Assembly: GCA_038087875.1 (NCBI GenBank)
Contig: JAXLNO010000263.1
Location: 124,001 to 171,594, forward strand
Direction of reading: 5' to 3'
DNA length: 47,594 nucleotides
Source of the DNA: Malacoraja senta
Lineage: Eukaryota
Below, one piece after another: positions 1 to 11,629 of the stretch. The notes under the pieces were generated by a model that did not search any database, was not told the origin of the DNA, and saw only the letters and a list, made by a program, of their open reading frames with translations. The stretch's first letter is position 1. Each line of letters starts with the position of its first letter. Position numbers and translations under genes: made by a program.

Positions 1-605
1 AAAGTGCAGACGAAGTAGCCAGAACAGCATCTGGAGGATGATCAAGCTGGTGCTACAGGCCCTTAGAGTAAAACACAGATTTGGGTGTGTAACAACTGCA
101 GTCACAGGGCATGGTGGAAAGAATAAATGGAACATTGAAGGTTAATATAAATAAGATTTGTGTAACTACAAAGTTGAATTGGATCGATGCCCTGCCATCG
201 GCACTGAAGAGATGTTGCATGTAAACTAACCGAATAACCCACATAACACCACATGAGATGCTTACTGGCCGACTTATGTAGGTGGCACAATGGAGAGGTC
301 CCCACAAGGGACCGAGTTTGGAACAGTTACAGGTAGAATTTAAGAAGTATATGTAACAGTTAATTATGATATACAAGTTTATTTATGCACAGGCAAAGTA
401 AAAGCAGTTGGAGGTGGACCAGGATGAAGGACCCTTTAAACCAGGAGACAAGGTGTATGTATGAGCATTCCGAACCACCCACGGCAGTTCAGGTAGAAGG
501 TTGATCTACCTGGTACCATTTCAATCCTTACATGAGGGCTGTCCCGCAGGTACGACTAGATAATAGCCCTGAGGTAAGTGAACAGGAGGACAAAGAAGTG
601 AGGGA

Positions 606-1931
606 AGTGTTGAGCAAATTAATGGAAAGGATACTTAAAGATAATATATATAAGCATTTGGACAAACAGGGTCTGATTAGGAACAATCAACATGGATTTG
701 TGCCTGGAAGGTCATGTTTGACTAATCTTTTTGAATTTTTGAAGAGGTTACTAGGGAAATTGATGAGGGTAAAGCGGTGGATGTTGTCTATATGGAATTC
801 AGTAAGGCCTTTGACAAGGTTCCACATGGAAGGTTGGTTAAGAAGGTTCAATTGTTGGGTATTAATGGTGGAGTAGCAAGATGGATTGAACAGTGGCTGA
901 ATGGGAGATGACAGAGAGTAATGGTGGATGTCTGTTTGTCAAGTTGGAGGCCAGTGACTAGTGCGGTGCTTCAGGGATCTGTGTTGGGTCCACTGTTGTT
1001 TGTCATATACTTCAATGATCTGGATGATGGTGTGGTAAATTGGATTAGTAAGTATGCAGATGATACTAAGATAGGTGGTGTTGTGGATAATGAAATAGAT
1101 TTTCAAAGTCTACAGAGAGATTTAGGCCATTTGGAACAGTGAGCTGAAAGATGGCAGATGGAGATTAATGTTGATAAGTGTGACGTGCTACATCTTGGCA
1201 GGACAAATCAAAATAGGACGTACATGGTAAATGGTAGGGAATTGAGGAATGCAGTTGAACAGAGGGATCTAGGAATAACTGTGCATAGTTCCCTGAAGGT
1301 GGAATCTCATGTAGATAGGGTGGTAAAGAAAGCTTTTGGTGTGATGCCTTTATAAATCGGAGCATTGAGTATAGAAGTTGGGATGTAATATTAAAATTGT
1401 ACAAGGCATTGGTGATGCCAATTATGGAGTATGGTGTACAATTTTGGTCGTCAAATTATAGGAAAGATGTCAACAAAATATAGAGAGTACAGAGGAGATT
1501 TTCTAGAATGTTGCTTGGGTTTCAGCAACTACGTTACAGAGAAAGGTTGAACAAGTTAGGTCTTTATTGTTTGGAGCGCAGAAGGTTATGATGAGAGGGA
1601 TAGACAGAGTTGACGTGGATATGCATTTTCAATTGAGAGTAGGGAAGATTCAAACAAGAGGACATGATTAAGGGACAGAAGTTTAAGGGTAACATGAGGG
1701 GGAAATTGTTTACTTAGAGAGTGGTAGCTGTGTGGAATGAGCTTCCAGTGGAAGTGGTGGAGGCAGGTTGGATTTTATCATTTAAAAATAATTGGATAGG
1801 TATATGGACGGGAAAGGAATGGAGGGTTATGGTCTGAGTGCAGGTAGATGGAACTAGGTGAGAGTAAGTGTTAGGCACGGACTAGAAGGGCCGAGATGGC
1901 ATGTTTCATTGCTGTCATTGTTATATGGTTA
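606..1931 (+). mobile_element. CR1 LINE, 5'-truncated (RT half of ORF2 plus 3'UTR), inside ERV copy 1
   Basis: QHGFVPGRSCLTNL, FSKAFDKVPH, QGSVLGPLLF and YADDTK motifs with frameshifts and stops. Ends in a gttatatggtta tail. Confidence 0.92.
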
Positions 1932-1994
1932 AGATAATGTGAGTTTTTTGGAGACATTAGTGACTATGAGACTGGTGTAAATAAGGTCAGAATA

Positions 1995-2395
1995 AGGGGT
2001 GTATGTGTCTTGTTTGGGGAACAATGCTTCACCTTCATATGTAATAATACTAGCCCGGAGGGGTCTTTCACTAAAGCCATGGATAAGCTAAAAAACTGAG
2101 GAGTGAGGTTAAACGAAACACAGGGTATGGACATCAATTGTTTGGATCGCTGGAGAGCATGTTGGGGGGTTGGGGAGCATGGCTGGTTAAAATTAATCTG
2201 ACCATTGGGGTCGTACTACTTGCAGTGGCAATCATGTTGTGTTGTGTTTTCCCCTGTATTAAGTCTCTCCTGGTGAAAGCTACTGTGAAGCAACTGCCAA
2301 TGATAACGGGTGCAGACGAATCCGGCCCTAAAGGAAAGTGGACCTCGGTGATAGAATACTACTACGATGGAGAAGAAGTGTTGGGGAAATGTTGA
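1995..2395 (+). pseudogene. env: Retroviral env transmembrane subunit remnant
   Basis: GVCVLFGEQCFTFICNNT (degenerate CX6CC), followed after a frameshift by the hydrophobic TM helix LTIGVVLLAVAIMLCCVFPCI. Confidence 0.85.
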
Positions 2396-2608
2396 ATGAA
2401 GTCTGTAAGGGAAGCTAGATCTTTTTTTCCCGCCTCACGTAATGGGGGTGTGTTTTTGGCCCAGTTTCTCAGGGAGCCAGAGAAAGAACGCTACACACCA
2501 TTACACTAACTTAATTAAAAGAGCCTGCATTTTAGGGCTCTATGGGTGATTAGACCTGGGGGATGTGTGTGTGGTTTTCTTTGTCTGTTGAGACTAGTTT
2601 GAAGTCTC

Positions 2609-2620
2609 AAAAGGAGGGAG
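2609..2620 (+). promoter_or_regulatory. Polypurine tract of ERV copy 1
   Basis: aaaaggagggag immediately before the LTR; mirrored at 32011-32022. Confidence 0.85.
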
Positions 2621-2621
2621 T

Positions 2622-3156
2622 TATATAGAAGTTATATAAGAAATTATATAGAAGAACAAATAATTAAAACATTCATCATAGCCAGCAGAGATGTCAGCTA
2701 TTTTATGTAATCAGACATCAGCTTATTGTACTCAGACTCACGTGATTGTTAGTTTTGCAGCATTTAACATTTATCTAGTAATGTGCTTGAAACATTTATT
2801 AAAGCTATTTTTATGTGAACAGACATCATGGCACAAAAACAAGCTACGTCTTGTTTTTTATTTTGCTTTAGTTAGTACGCCATGGTCGGCTCAGAGATTA
2901 AAGTTAAAGAGCAAGGACATAGTGAGATTAAAGTTATAGAAGCATGCATACCAAGTAGCTGAAGATAAGGCTGAAAGAGTGTAATAAAATGGTGCTTGTT
3001 GCTGTAGATCAGAGAACAATTAGAGAGAGACCAGGCCGTGTTGTCTCTGAATGTTCCAAGCCAAAAGTTGTTTGCAAATAAAGGCTTTTCATCTTCTTGA
3101 AGAATTCTCCGTGTCTGTGTCATCTTATCCAAACTTTGAGTCTTAAAACCACGATA
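2622..3156 (+). repeat. ERV 3' LTR (~535 bp)
   Basis: Reverse complement of 31474-32009 and 44730-45263. Follows the PPT and contains AATAAA at ~3077. Confidence 0.93.
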
Positions 3157-4112
3157 CTTCCTGTCTGTCAGATAGCTGGCGATCCACCGGCAGAGGGGTT
3201 CAGGCACATTCAACTCGGAAAGTTTGGAGTGTAGTAGCTCTGGCACAATGGTCTTGAATGCAGAGCTAAAATCAACAAACAAAATCCTTGCATAGGTCTC
3301 CTGGCAGTCTTGGTGCTGGAGGATAAAGTGCAGGCCCAGGTTGACTGCGTCATCCACAGATCTATTGGTTCGATATGCAAACTGCAGAGGGTCCAGCAGG
3401 GGGTTTGTGATATTTTTCAGCTTGGCCAGCACAAGCCTTTCAAGGGTCTTCATGACTACAGAGGTTAGTGCGACAGGCCTGTAGTCATTAAGACCTGTAA
3501 TCCTTGTCTTTTTGGGTACAGGGACAATAGTGGAGACTTTGAAGCAGGCAGGAACAGTACAGGTTTGCAGGGACTGGTTGAAAATGTCTGTTGTTCGGCA
3601 CAGAGCTTGAGAGTAGAGGGGGCAACATTATCCGGTCCTGGAGATTTCTGGCTTTTCTGTCTTCTGAATAGCCTCTCCACCTCTATTTTTATTGTTGATG
3701 GAGAAGTGATGTTGTGCAGCACGGAGGGGATGGGTAATTGGGTGTGGTGATTGGAGGTGGGAAAGGGTCTTTTCAGACTGGAGTCTTGCTTTAAGTAGGT
3801 GTGAAGTGGTGGTGATTGGGGAGGAGTGGGTGTAGAAGGGTCCAGTCTTTGCAGACTGGGGTCTGGCTGTGTTTGTTGGGGAAGGGGGGAGGGATTACCA
3901 GGGTTACATTTCTGCTTGTCAAATCTGCAGTAGAACTCATTCAGGTCGTTGGTCAGCTGGCGATTGTGCTGGGTGCTGGGTGCTTTCCTCTTGTACCTGG
4001 TGATTTCTTGCAAGCCCTTCCAAACTGAAGGAGAGTCACTAGCTGAGAACTTGCTCCTCAACATCTCAGAGTACTGTTCCTTGGCAGCTCTGATTCCTCT
4101 TCTCAGCTTGGT
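3157..4112 (-). mobile_element. Rex1/Babar-type LINE ORF2 fragment, cut by the ERV LTR
   Basis: MKTLERLV...[18 protein letters not shown]...[12 protein letters not shown] and VWKGLQEIT..LNEFYCRFD motifs. The reading frame is interrupted exactly at the LTR end. Confidence 0.85.
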
Positions 4113-4462
4113 ACAAGAGATAGGAATATTATATTTTAATGGCGCTACAATTGTTTGATGGAGGGTTAGGATAAGTGTAAGACATTGATACGAGTGTTTA
4201 GCGTTTGTTTGAGTGTTGAAGTAATCATCTGTAGTTTCTTTTACAGTACTTAGCAGTGCATACTGGTAGCATAGTTGGTGAGAACAGGTATTAAGGGGGT
4301 GGTTCTGGTACGCCAGAAGTAACCGTTGAGCCTTTTCAAGGTGTTGTGGGCCTAACTCAACAAAACACCAGTGAAGAGAGGACCCTCTTGATAACTTGTG
4401 TAAAGGCATCTTAGATTTTCATGTGTCCTTGGGATTGGATTTCTTTTGGTTAAACTTTTGGC

Positions 4463-4463
<1 letters not shown>

Positions 4464-4496
<33 letters not shown>
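4464..4496. repeat. (AAT)n microsatellite, probably the tail of a minus-strand retroposon
   Basis: Perfect aat run seen directly. Confidence 0.9.
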
Positions 4497-4498
<2 letters not shown>

Positions 4499-4629
4499 TT
4501 TATTTATGGGCGCCTTTCAAATCTCAAGGACACCGTACAGATTTTACGGAACAAGTACACAAATTAAAAACAGAATTCAATCCGAACACAATTTATAAGC
4601 TCAATAAGCTCATATAGATAGCTTATTAC

Positions 4630-5900
4630 TGAATCAAGAGCCACGTCTGCACCTTCCTCCCTCGCACGATGGACCTGCTGCAGTTCGCATAACGTCCGAA
4701 CAGATCCACGGATGATGCGGTCTCCCAGGTTCTGCACACCGCTCTCCCACCTTGACAAGCCAGAAGTGGGGCTATGTGAGGATGCTGTTCATTAATTTCA
4801 GTTCTGCTTTCAATACCATAGTCCCCACCAGACTTGCTGAGAAGCTGCTGGAACTGGGGCTGAACACTCCCCTCTGTGCCTGGGTCCTGGACTTTCTCAC
4901 TGCCAGGCCCCAGGTGGTCAAGAGGGGGAGACATACATCCAACACCCTCACCCTGAACACAGGATCTCCCCAGGGTTGCGTCCTTAGCCCCCTACTGTAC
5001 TCCCTGTACACACATGACTGTGCGGCCAGGTTCAGCTCCAACTCCATCATCAAGTTTGCTGATGACACTGTGGTGGTGGGCCTGATCTCCGATAACAATG
5101 AGAAGGCCTACCTGGAGGAGGTGGCTGATCTGGCCCTCTGGTGTCAGGACAACAGCCTCCTCTTGAATGTCACAAAAACTAAGGAGCCGATTGTGGACTT
5201 TAGAAGGGCTCAACATCCGAGGATGTACACGCCACTGGAGATAAATGGGACTACTGTGGACAGGGTGAGCAGCATTAAATACCTAGGATCTGACATGGAC
5301 CACACACACTGCCGTACTGGTGAGTAAGGCAAGGCAGTGCCTTTATCACCTCAGGCAGCTGAAGAAATTCATAGTGTCTCTGAGGATCCTTCAGTGCTTC
5401 TACTCTGGGGCTGTAGAAAGCATCTTGTCCAGCAACATCTCAATCTGGTTTGGGAACAGCTCTGCCCAGGACAGGAAGGCTCTGCAGAGAGTAGTGCGTT
5501 CGGCCGAACGCACCATGGGAACTACACTCATCCCCCTGCATGACCTTTACACCAGGAGGTGCAGATCAAGAGCCAGCAACATAATGAGGGACCCCTACCA
5601 CCCCAGCAACGGACTGTTCCAGCTGCTACGGTCAGGCAAGCGCGTCCGCTGTCACGCTGCGAAAACAGAGAGGATGAGACGGAGTTTCTTCCCACAGGCC
5701 GTCAGGACTGTGAACTCTTGTCTCACCAGGGACTAATTTACTAATTTACTGTTGTGTTGTATCTTTTTTTAAATATTTTTCTAAAATGTAAATACTGGAT
5801 CTGTTGTTCTGTTGTTTTTGCACAAACCGCAGGCATTGCCACTTTCATTTCACTGCACATCTTGTATGTGTATGTGACAAATAAAGTTGACTTGACTTGA
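4630..5900 (+). mobile_element. Rex1/Babar-type LINE 3' portion (RT plus C-terminus plus 3'UTR)
   Basis: [49 protein letters not shown] and RRSFFPQAVR motifs. Ends aataaagttgacttgacttga. Confidence 0.9.
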
Positions 5901-6089
5901 ATATGGAGTTAATTATTGTCCCATAGCATAAACATGCACTAGTAATTTAGATACTACTTTGGCATTGGGCATTGGTTTTCTTGCTTGTGCTTATCCTGGT
6001 GTTATAGCACGTACTTTGTGCTTTAACAGTAATTTAATTAAGCTATTACGGAATTATAGCTATTACGGAATTATAGCTATTAGAAATAA

Positions 6090-6390
6090 GACGGTACAGT
6101 GCCGCAGCTGGAAGAGGCTGTTGCCTCAGAGCGCCAGAGCCACAGGTTCGATCCTGACCTTGGGTGCTGTTTGTGTGGAGTTTGCAAGTTCTCCCGGTGA
6201 CCATATGGGTTTCCTCTTGGTGCTCTGGTTTCTTCCTAGATCCCAAAGACGTGCAGGTTTGCAGGTTAATTGACCCTATGTGAAGAGTTGATGAGAACGT
6301 GAGACAACAGAGAACTAGTGTGAACAGGTGATCAATGGTCAGCGTGGACTCAGTGGACTGGTCTTGTTTTCACCCAGTATCTCTAAATTA
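6090..6390 (+). mobile_element. tRNA-derived V-SINE (HE1-like)
   Basis: B-box ggttcgatcc followed by the V-domain gtgtggagtttgca.gttctccc..gggtttcctc. Confidence 0.8.
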
Positions 6391-6404
6391 ATTAAAGTAG
6401 GGGT

Positions 6405-6778
6405 TTATAGAAAGGCAGGACTGGCAGCTCAATATTCTGGGGTTCTCATGTTACCACTTTGATAGAGGTGGAGGTAAGGGATGAGTGAGTGATGTGTGTT
6501 TGATTAGGGACTACATCATGGCAGCATTTAGAGAGGATATTCTTGGAGGATCATCCAGTATGTGGACTTAGAAATAAGAAAGATGATCAATTTGATGGGA
6601 TTGTGTTATGGACCTCCACCAACCTGCCAATTGTAAATAAAATTAGAGGAGAAAACGTGTGGGGAGTTAGCTATATGAATAATAACGCTGTCATGATAGG
6701 TGATTTCAATATGCCTCACATTGACTGCCTTTGTGCTAAGGGCTTGGATGGGGTAGAATTGGTTAACTGTCCAGGAAA
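6405..6778 (+). mobile_element. Old CR1 endonuclease-domain fragment
   Basis: QDWQLNILG..DRGGGKG, LRNKK and AVMIGDFNMPHID remnants. Confidence 0.7.
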
Positions 6779-8111
6779 GTAGATGTCTGGTCCAAGCCAG
6801 AAGATGCTGCAGGAGAACCTACCTGCCCCGCTTTTTTCATTGTACAACTATGCCAAACTCTTGCCTGTACAACTCTGTGAACTGTGTGACACGATTCCTT
6901 CTCACTCCTGTGCCAGTCAATCAGTGTACTTTCCCCTCGAGAAAAAGCAATCCTGTGTACGTTTGGTTCATTTTGACACAAGGTCGCTTTGGATGCTGAG
7001 GTTCTGGGTGCCTCAAAGGCTGATGATCGGACTTCACTCCAACAATGCTTTGGGCATTGACCTTTCCAAAGGCATCCAGGGATGAATCCTGTCTTGGTGT
7101 AACCTGGCTGTTATTTCTCCATGAATTATAAGGTGTGTCAAGGGGCAGAGTGTGGAGGTCAGAGAAGACCAGTGGACACAAGATTCCAGTCAGCAACGTG
7201 TGGTCTGCTAATTTATTTCTGTGGCTCAGTATGATGTCCACAGAGCTGGTCAGTGTATGCACACATCTTTTCTCATCACAGACTATTTTTGATAGTTCAT
7301 TCATAAAGTCATGGACCTATAAACAAGCCCTATCAGCAGATTAGCTCCACACTGTGCTGTCATGAATCAAATTAGTGATGGATACTGAGAGTGCACTGTT
7401 AACTGGAGACCAGACACACACAGATTTCACACACAAGATCCATTCTGTTTTGATGTTCGTTTATTAAGCTGATGAAACTGCAATGTTACAGCTCAATCAC
7501 AATCACTAGAAGCACAGAACACATTGTGAGCTTTCCAACCCTTGGTGTAACAAACAATGTGAAATTAAGAGGGTAATACAGAGAGAGACAGTAATAATTC
7601 CAATCAGCACAATCTAAATCAAGACAGGATCAGCCTCCACCACAGGGACTTTCCCACAGTCCGTGTCTGCCCGTCACCACCACCCCCGTGCCCCTGACGC
7701 TTTCTTGTCTACATGTGTGTGTCAGAGAGATGGCACCAAATGCCCTGGACACTGCTCTGTACTGCTGCACATTTTAACTGGGATGCCCAACTGTTCCCGG
7801 TGGGATTTGAGGAAGGGCTCCAGCAGAATGGACGAGGAGGGGTGTCTGGTTAAAGAGGGCGGACTTGTCTGTTCTGAGCAGTCCCTGGGCTTCAGTCAAG
7901 GGTCAGTGTGTAGGGCAGTGCCCTCGGGTTTACACCCTGCTGATCCCTGTAGACATCCACCATGGTTCCCCGCTCCCTGTCCCTCTCTCAATGTGTGACG
8001 GAGAATGGCCGAGACTCTTGTGTACTGAGTTTGAAGCCATTACCCTGTCAGTGAGGGTGATGAGAAACTGGAAGGACAGTGAGTTGTCCCTTACCCCGAC
8101 GTAAACAGCCC

Positions 8112-8117
8112 TTTATT
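8112..8117 (-). promoter_or_regulatory. Candidate polyadenylation signal of the pentraxin gene
   Basis: AATAAA on the minus strand ~137 nt past the stop codon. Confidence 0.55.
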
Positions 8118-8253
8118 CAGGAATCAACACCACTACTACTACTGGCCTGGTTTATAGAAGAAAGATTGCAAAGCAAGGTCATATTCAGCTAGAGCAGTTT
8201 GAGGAGATTATTTTCCCCTCTGCACATTTTAATGCTTTTTGTAGCCAATGTAT

Positions 8254-8870
8254 TCAAATTTTGCAGTCCATATTGTCTTCAATCATCACACTCCCTCCAG
8301 CTGTATATCTTGTTCTTCCCCAGTTGATGATGTTGCCTCCGATTCCACAACAACCGTGACTTACCAGCATAATCTCCCTGGGTTTTAGAATGTAACTCCA
8401 CATGTTAACATTAGTCATCTCCCCAACAAAGGACTGACCACTGTCAAAACCTCCACCAACTCTGTCCTGCTCCTGACCAAGAATAAACTGACCACCACCT
8501 CTCACATACAAACCCCTCCTGCCGATCTTCTGCAGACTGCGTTCCCCATTGATCCAGACTGTTACCGCACCCTCTCGGGATTCCCAGGTCATACAGATAT
8601 GTCTCAGCAAGGAATCCATTTGGGGGAGGGAAAACTTGATAAAATAATTCCTTAAATACAGGGAGACCCAACCATTAGCCATTTGCCAAATCAGCAGTTC
8701 GTTGTGGTGGCGATTTGTTGCATAGGAGACCAAACTGTAGTCGCGGCGAGCATCTGATGCAGCCCTGAAGCAGATAGTAAAGGCAGACAATCTGGAGAAA
8801 TGCCTTTGGAATACTCTGATGAAGCTGGTAGATGTAATTTTTGAAAAGATCAATGACTTCCCCTCCAAGC
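8254..8870 (-). CDS. Short pentraxin (CRP/SAP-like), last coding exon containing the whole pentraxin domain
   Basis: Intact ORF with pentraxin signature HICMTWES, plus FTICFR, ILGQEQD and QSFVGEMTNVNMW. Phase-1 acceptor ttttacag|gc at 8871. Confidence 0.95.
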
Positions 8871-8944
8871 CTGTAAAACATGAGGATGTGGATGTGGTTA
8901 ATTGAATTTGAAATGTAACTGGTTGCCTTTGTCATAAGGAATAG

Positions 8945-9982
8945 TAGCAATGTTACAAAATTTTGAGATTTTAAAAATAAAGTCTGCAATTTATCCCATC
9001 AGATAAAGCATAAAAAGAAGTTTAATTTGACACCTAATTCACTTTCATATCTTCAGTATTAAAGAAGTTATGGCCATTTTCATACTCGGAAAATAGCATC
9101 TTGTTCCCTATTGCTTTTCCATTGACTTAACTCAAAAGCTGTGATCGAGGACAGTTAAAAGCCCATAACTTTCTTAAAAATTAAGATAACTGAAAGTAAT
9201 TTCCAGTTATTATAGATTGAAGCATTCTGAAACAAATATGAAACAATCTTACTTAGAAGACATGAAAGTAAAGCATATAATTAGTTAGTTACCTAATTGT
9301 AGCTAATTACAAAATTCAATTACTAGATCTAAACATCTATCAATTTCTTAAGAATAGATTAACATTTTTAAATAGCCTAAGTGTCCAAATAACATTCACA
9401 CAAGAATTCACAATATAACATAATTTTTAAATCTCATTTTCATGAATTTACAGGCCAAATGGAAGGAATTGAATGTTTAATACCTGTAAATTAATGGGCA
9501 TTTAATTCATCTTGCGAGTGAGGATTTCTGGAACGCGATCTTTTGGAACGTTCATTTACGGTGAATTTAACCCGTATTGGCATGAAAAATACTGCCGTTA
9601 ATTCGGGGAATAAAATCACCGTGTCGCTTGAAAAAATGTGAATTAAAGGCTTCTTAAGAAGCACTTTTATACATTTAAAGAAACCACTTTCGTTTACCTG
9701 TCCCAGTGTGAAATCCGTCCCCGTTATCGGCGTTGACGCTTCAGAAGCTGATTTTAAAATTACTCTAGCGCTGACATTGACGATTTAATAAAAATAAAAA
9801 ATACACAAATCGCCACTAGGAACGATTCATCAGCCAACGCTTGTACTCCAACAAAATATTAACTAGGACAAGGAGGAGAAACCCGCGTTTTAACCCCGCT
9901 CCCCCTTAAAGGCGCCAAAATCGCGCACACGGCCAGTGGCAGAATTACAGCGCGACTGAAGGTAAGTTTTGTATCATACCTG
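8945..9982. mobile_element. Non-autonomous DNA transposon-like element, superfamily unassigned
   Basis: Imperfect terminal inverted repeats (agcaatgttacaaaatt versus reverse complement aggtatgatacaaaact). Flanked by ggaatag at 8938-8944 and 9983-9989, and interrupts a CR1 3'UTR. No ORF. Confidence 0.6.
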
Positions 9983-10343
9983 GGAATAGGAGTAGAATTA
10001 GGCCATTCGGCCCATCAAGTCTACTGCCATTCAATCATGGCTGATCTACCTCTCCCACCTAACCGCGTTCTCCTGTCTTCTCCCCACAACCACTGACACC
10101 TGCACTAATCAAGAATAGTAAGATTAAACGAGAACTTACCAGTTTGAAGTTTGATCTTTATTTTATGAGGAGTTACGTTGGTGATTACGTGAAGAAGACC
10201 CGTCAGGGCGCATGCGCGTCAATCTTCAAAGCAGCGGTATGAAATCACAGACAACACCATAATTGAAGTAACATATTAAGATGATCAACATGAGAACTAC
10301 CATTATGACCTTTTTTCTATGAGAGAGGGTTGGGCGTGGCGGG

Positions 10344-10450
10344 CACGTAATCACCAACGTAACTCCTCATAAAATAAAGATCAAACTTCAAACTGGTAAG
10401 TTCTTGTTTAATCTTACTATTTTACTTCGGAGTCACGTGAGTGACTACGT
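10344..10450. repeat. Internal complementary region (ICR) of DIRS-A
   Basis: Reverse complement of 10114-10191 joined through att (10419-10421) to the reverse complement of 14801-14832. Confidence 0.92.
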
Positions 10451-10664
10451 CAAGATTTTAAAGCTCTGTGATTTTTATGCCGCAGATCAAAATCCCGGCT
10501 TCTCACTGCATCGATTGACTGAGTATCATCAATAATGCTGTAAACATGACATTGCATATCATGCAAAAACAAAACAGTTTTATTTTGGGTCATAAAACAA
10601 CCAATAAACCCTCTTAATGTAGGGGCAACAACGAAACAGAATTAAACAGTATTGAAAACAGACT

Positions 10665-11626
10665 TTAAACAATAGCAACAGCACTCAATATTGAGTTGGC
10701 AAACAGCCCTCCATCGGCAATCGGCCGATGGTAGTATTGCTGAAACACAAGTTCATTTTTCCAACCTGCGGCTTTTAATATATGGTCGATGGGAACGTCC
10801 ATCACCCTGACCGCGGATGTTGCTACTGCGCTAGTGGAATGAGATGTAAACACATAAATGTTAATTCCTGTCTGAACCAACTCTTGCTTTAACCACGTTG
10901 AGATAGTCTGAACTGCCACTCTTTTATGTTGGCTTCTTGTAACTGACAAATAATCCTGTTTCTTCTTGTCTTAATGCCCTTGTGGCTTCAATGTAATGTA
11001 AGAAATGTGTCCTTACACATAAACATGGAGCTGTAGGATATGCAGAGAACACAATCTTAAATCCTGTCACATCTGGCCTGCTTTGTTTGAGCAGGTCAGA
11101 AATATAAAACAGAACATTCTCTGTAGTCACTTCCATTCTCTCGAACTGAAGTTTTTGCAAAGTCTGCACTCTCTGTACTGACACCAATGCCATTAGCATA
11201 GCCAATTCAGCAAAGTTATAGACGTGACAGGGACCCAATGACGAAGCATGTTAAGAACAACGCTTATATCGCAGATTACCATATACCTAGGCTTAGGCGT
11301 TTTGGAATTAAAGATTTCTTTCATCAACCTAGATATGAGAGGGTGAGAACCTATACTTTGTGTCTGTGTACCTATTACAAGATATGCAGACAAAGCACTT
11401 CTAGATGTATTGATAGCACTATAGCTAAGACCCTCATCATAATAAAGTGTAGATAAAACTCTAACACATTTTCAATAACTACAGTATCATATTGAATATT
11501 CTTTTGAACACAATATTGTTCCCATTTTTTAATATAAGTCATGTACTGCTTTTGAGTACTCTTTCTCCGGCCTGCAGTGAGTATATCCACCGTTGGCCTA
11601 GAAAGTCCTCGACCAATGTAAGGCAT
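10665..11626 (-). pseudogene. DIRS-A tyrosine recombinase, frameshifted
   Basis: STQKQYMTYIKKW, MLMALVSVQRVQTL, FTSHSTS (HSTR decayed) and AAGWKNELVFQQYY across four ORF pieces. Confidence 0.88.
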
Positions 11627-11629
11627 TCT

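Larger units (their letters stand above)
1..3156 (+). mobile_element. Class I (gamma/epsilon-like) endogenous retrovirus, 3' part: decayed integrase, CR1 insert, env TM remnant, PPT, 3' LTR (copy 1, truncated by window start)
   Basis: Integrase-like remnant ([11 protein letters not shown]...NWIDALP) at ~100-460, env TM at ~1995-2395, PPT at 2609-2620 and LTR at 2622-3156. Colinear in reverse complement with 31474-34815. Confidence 0.9.

Noticed and set aside
2872..3453. 193-aa ORF as a novel RT fusion protein
   Set aside because: It is a Rex RT frame running by chance into the antisense LTR at the insertion junction.
3465..4409. 314-aa ORF as a host gene
   Set aside because: The C-terminal part is a Rex/Babar ORF2 linker; the N-terminal part is unrelated flank with no recognisable domain.
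6046..6081. 17-bp tandem duplication attacggaattatagct
   Set aside because: An isolated slippage or repair duplication with no further structure.
6090..6170. tRNA gene
   Set aside because: It is the tRNA-derived head of a V-SINE with no full cloverleaf.
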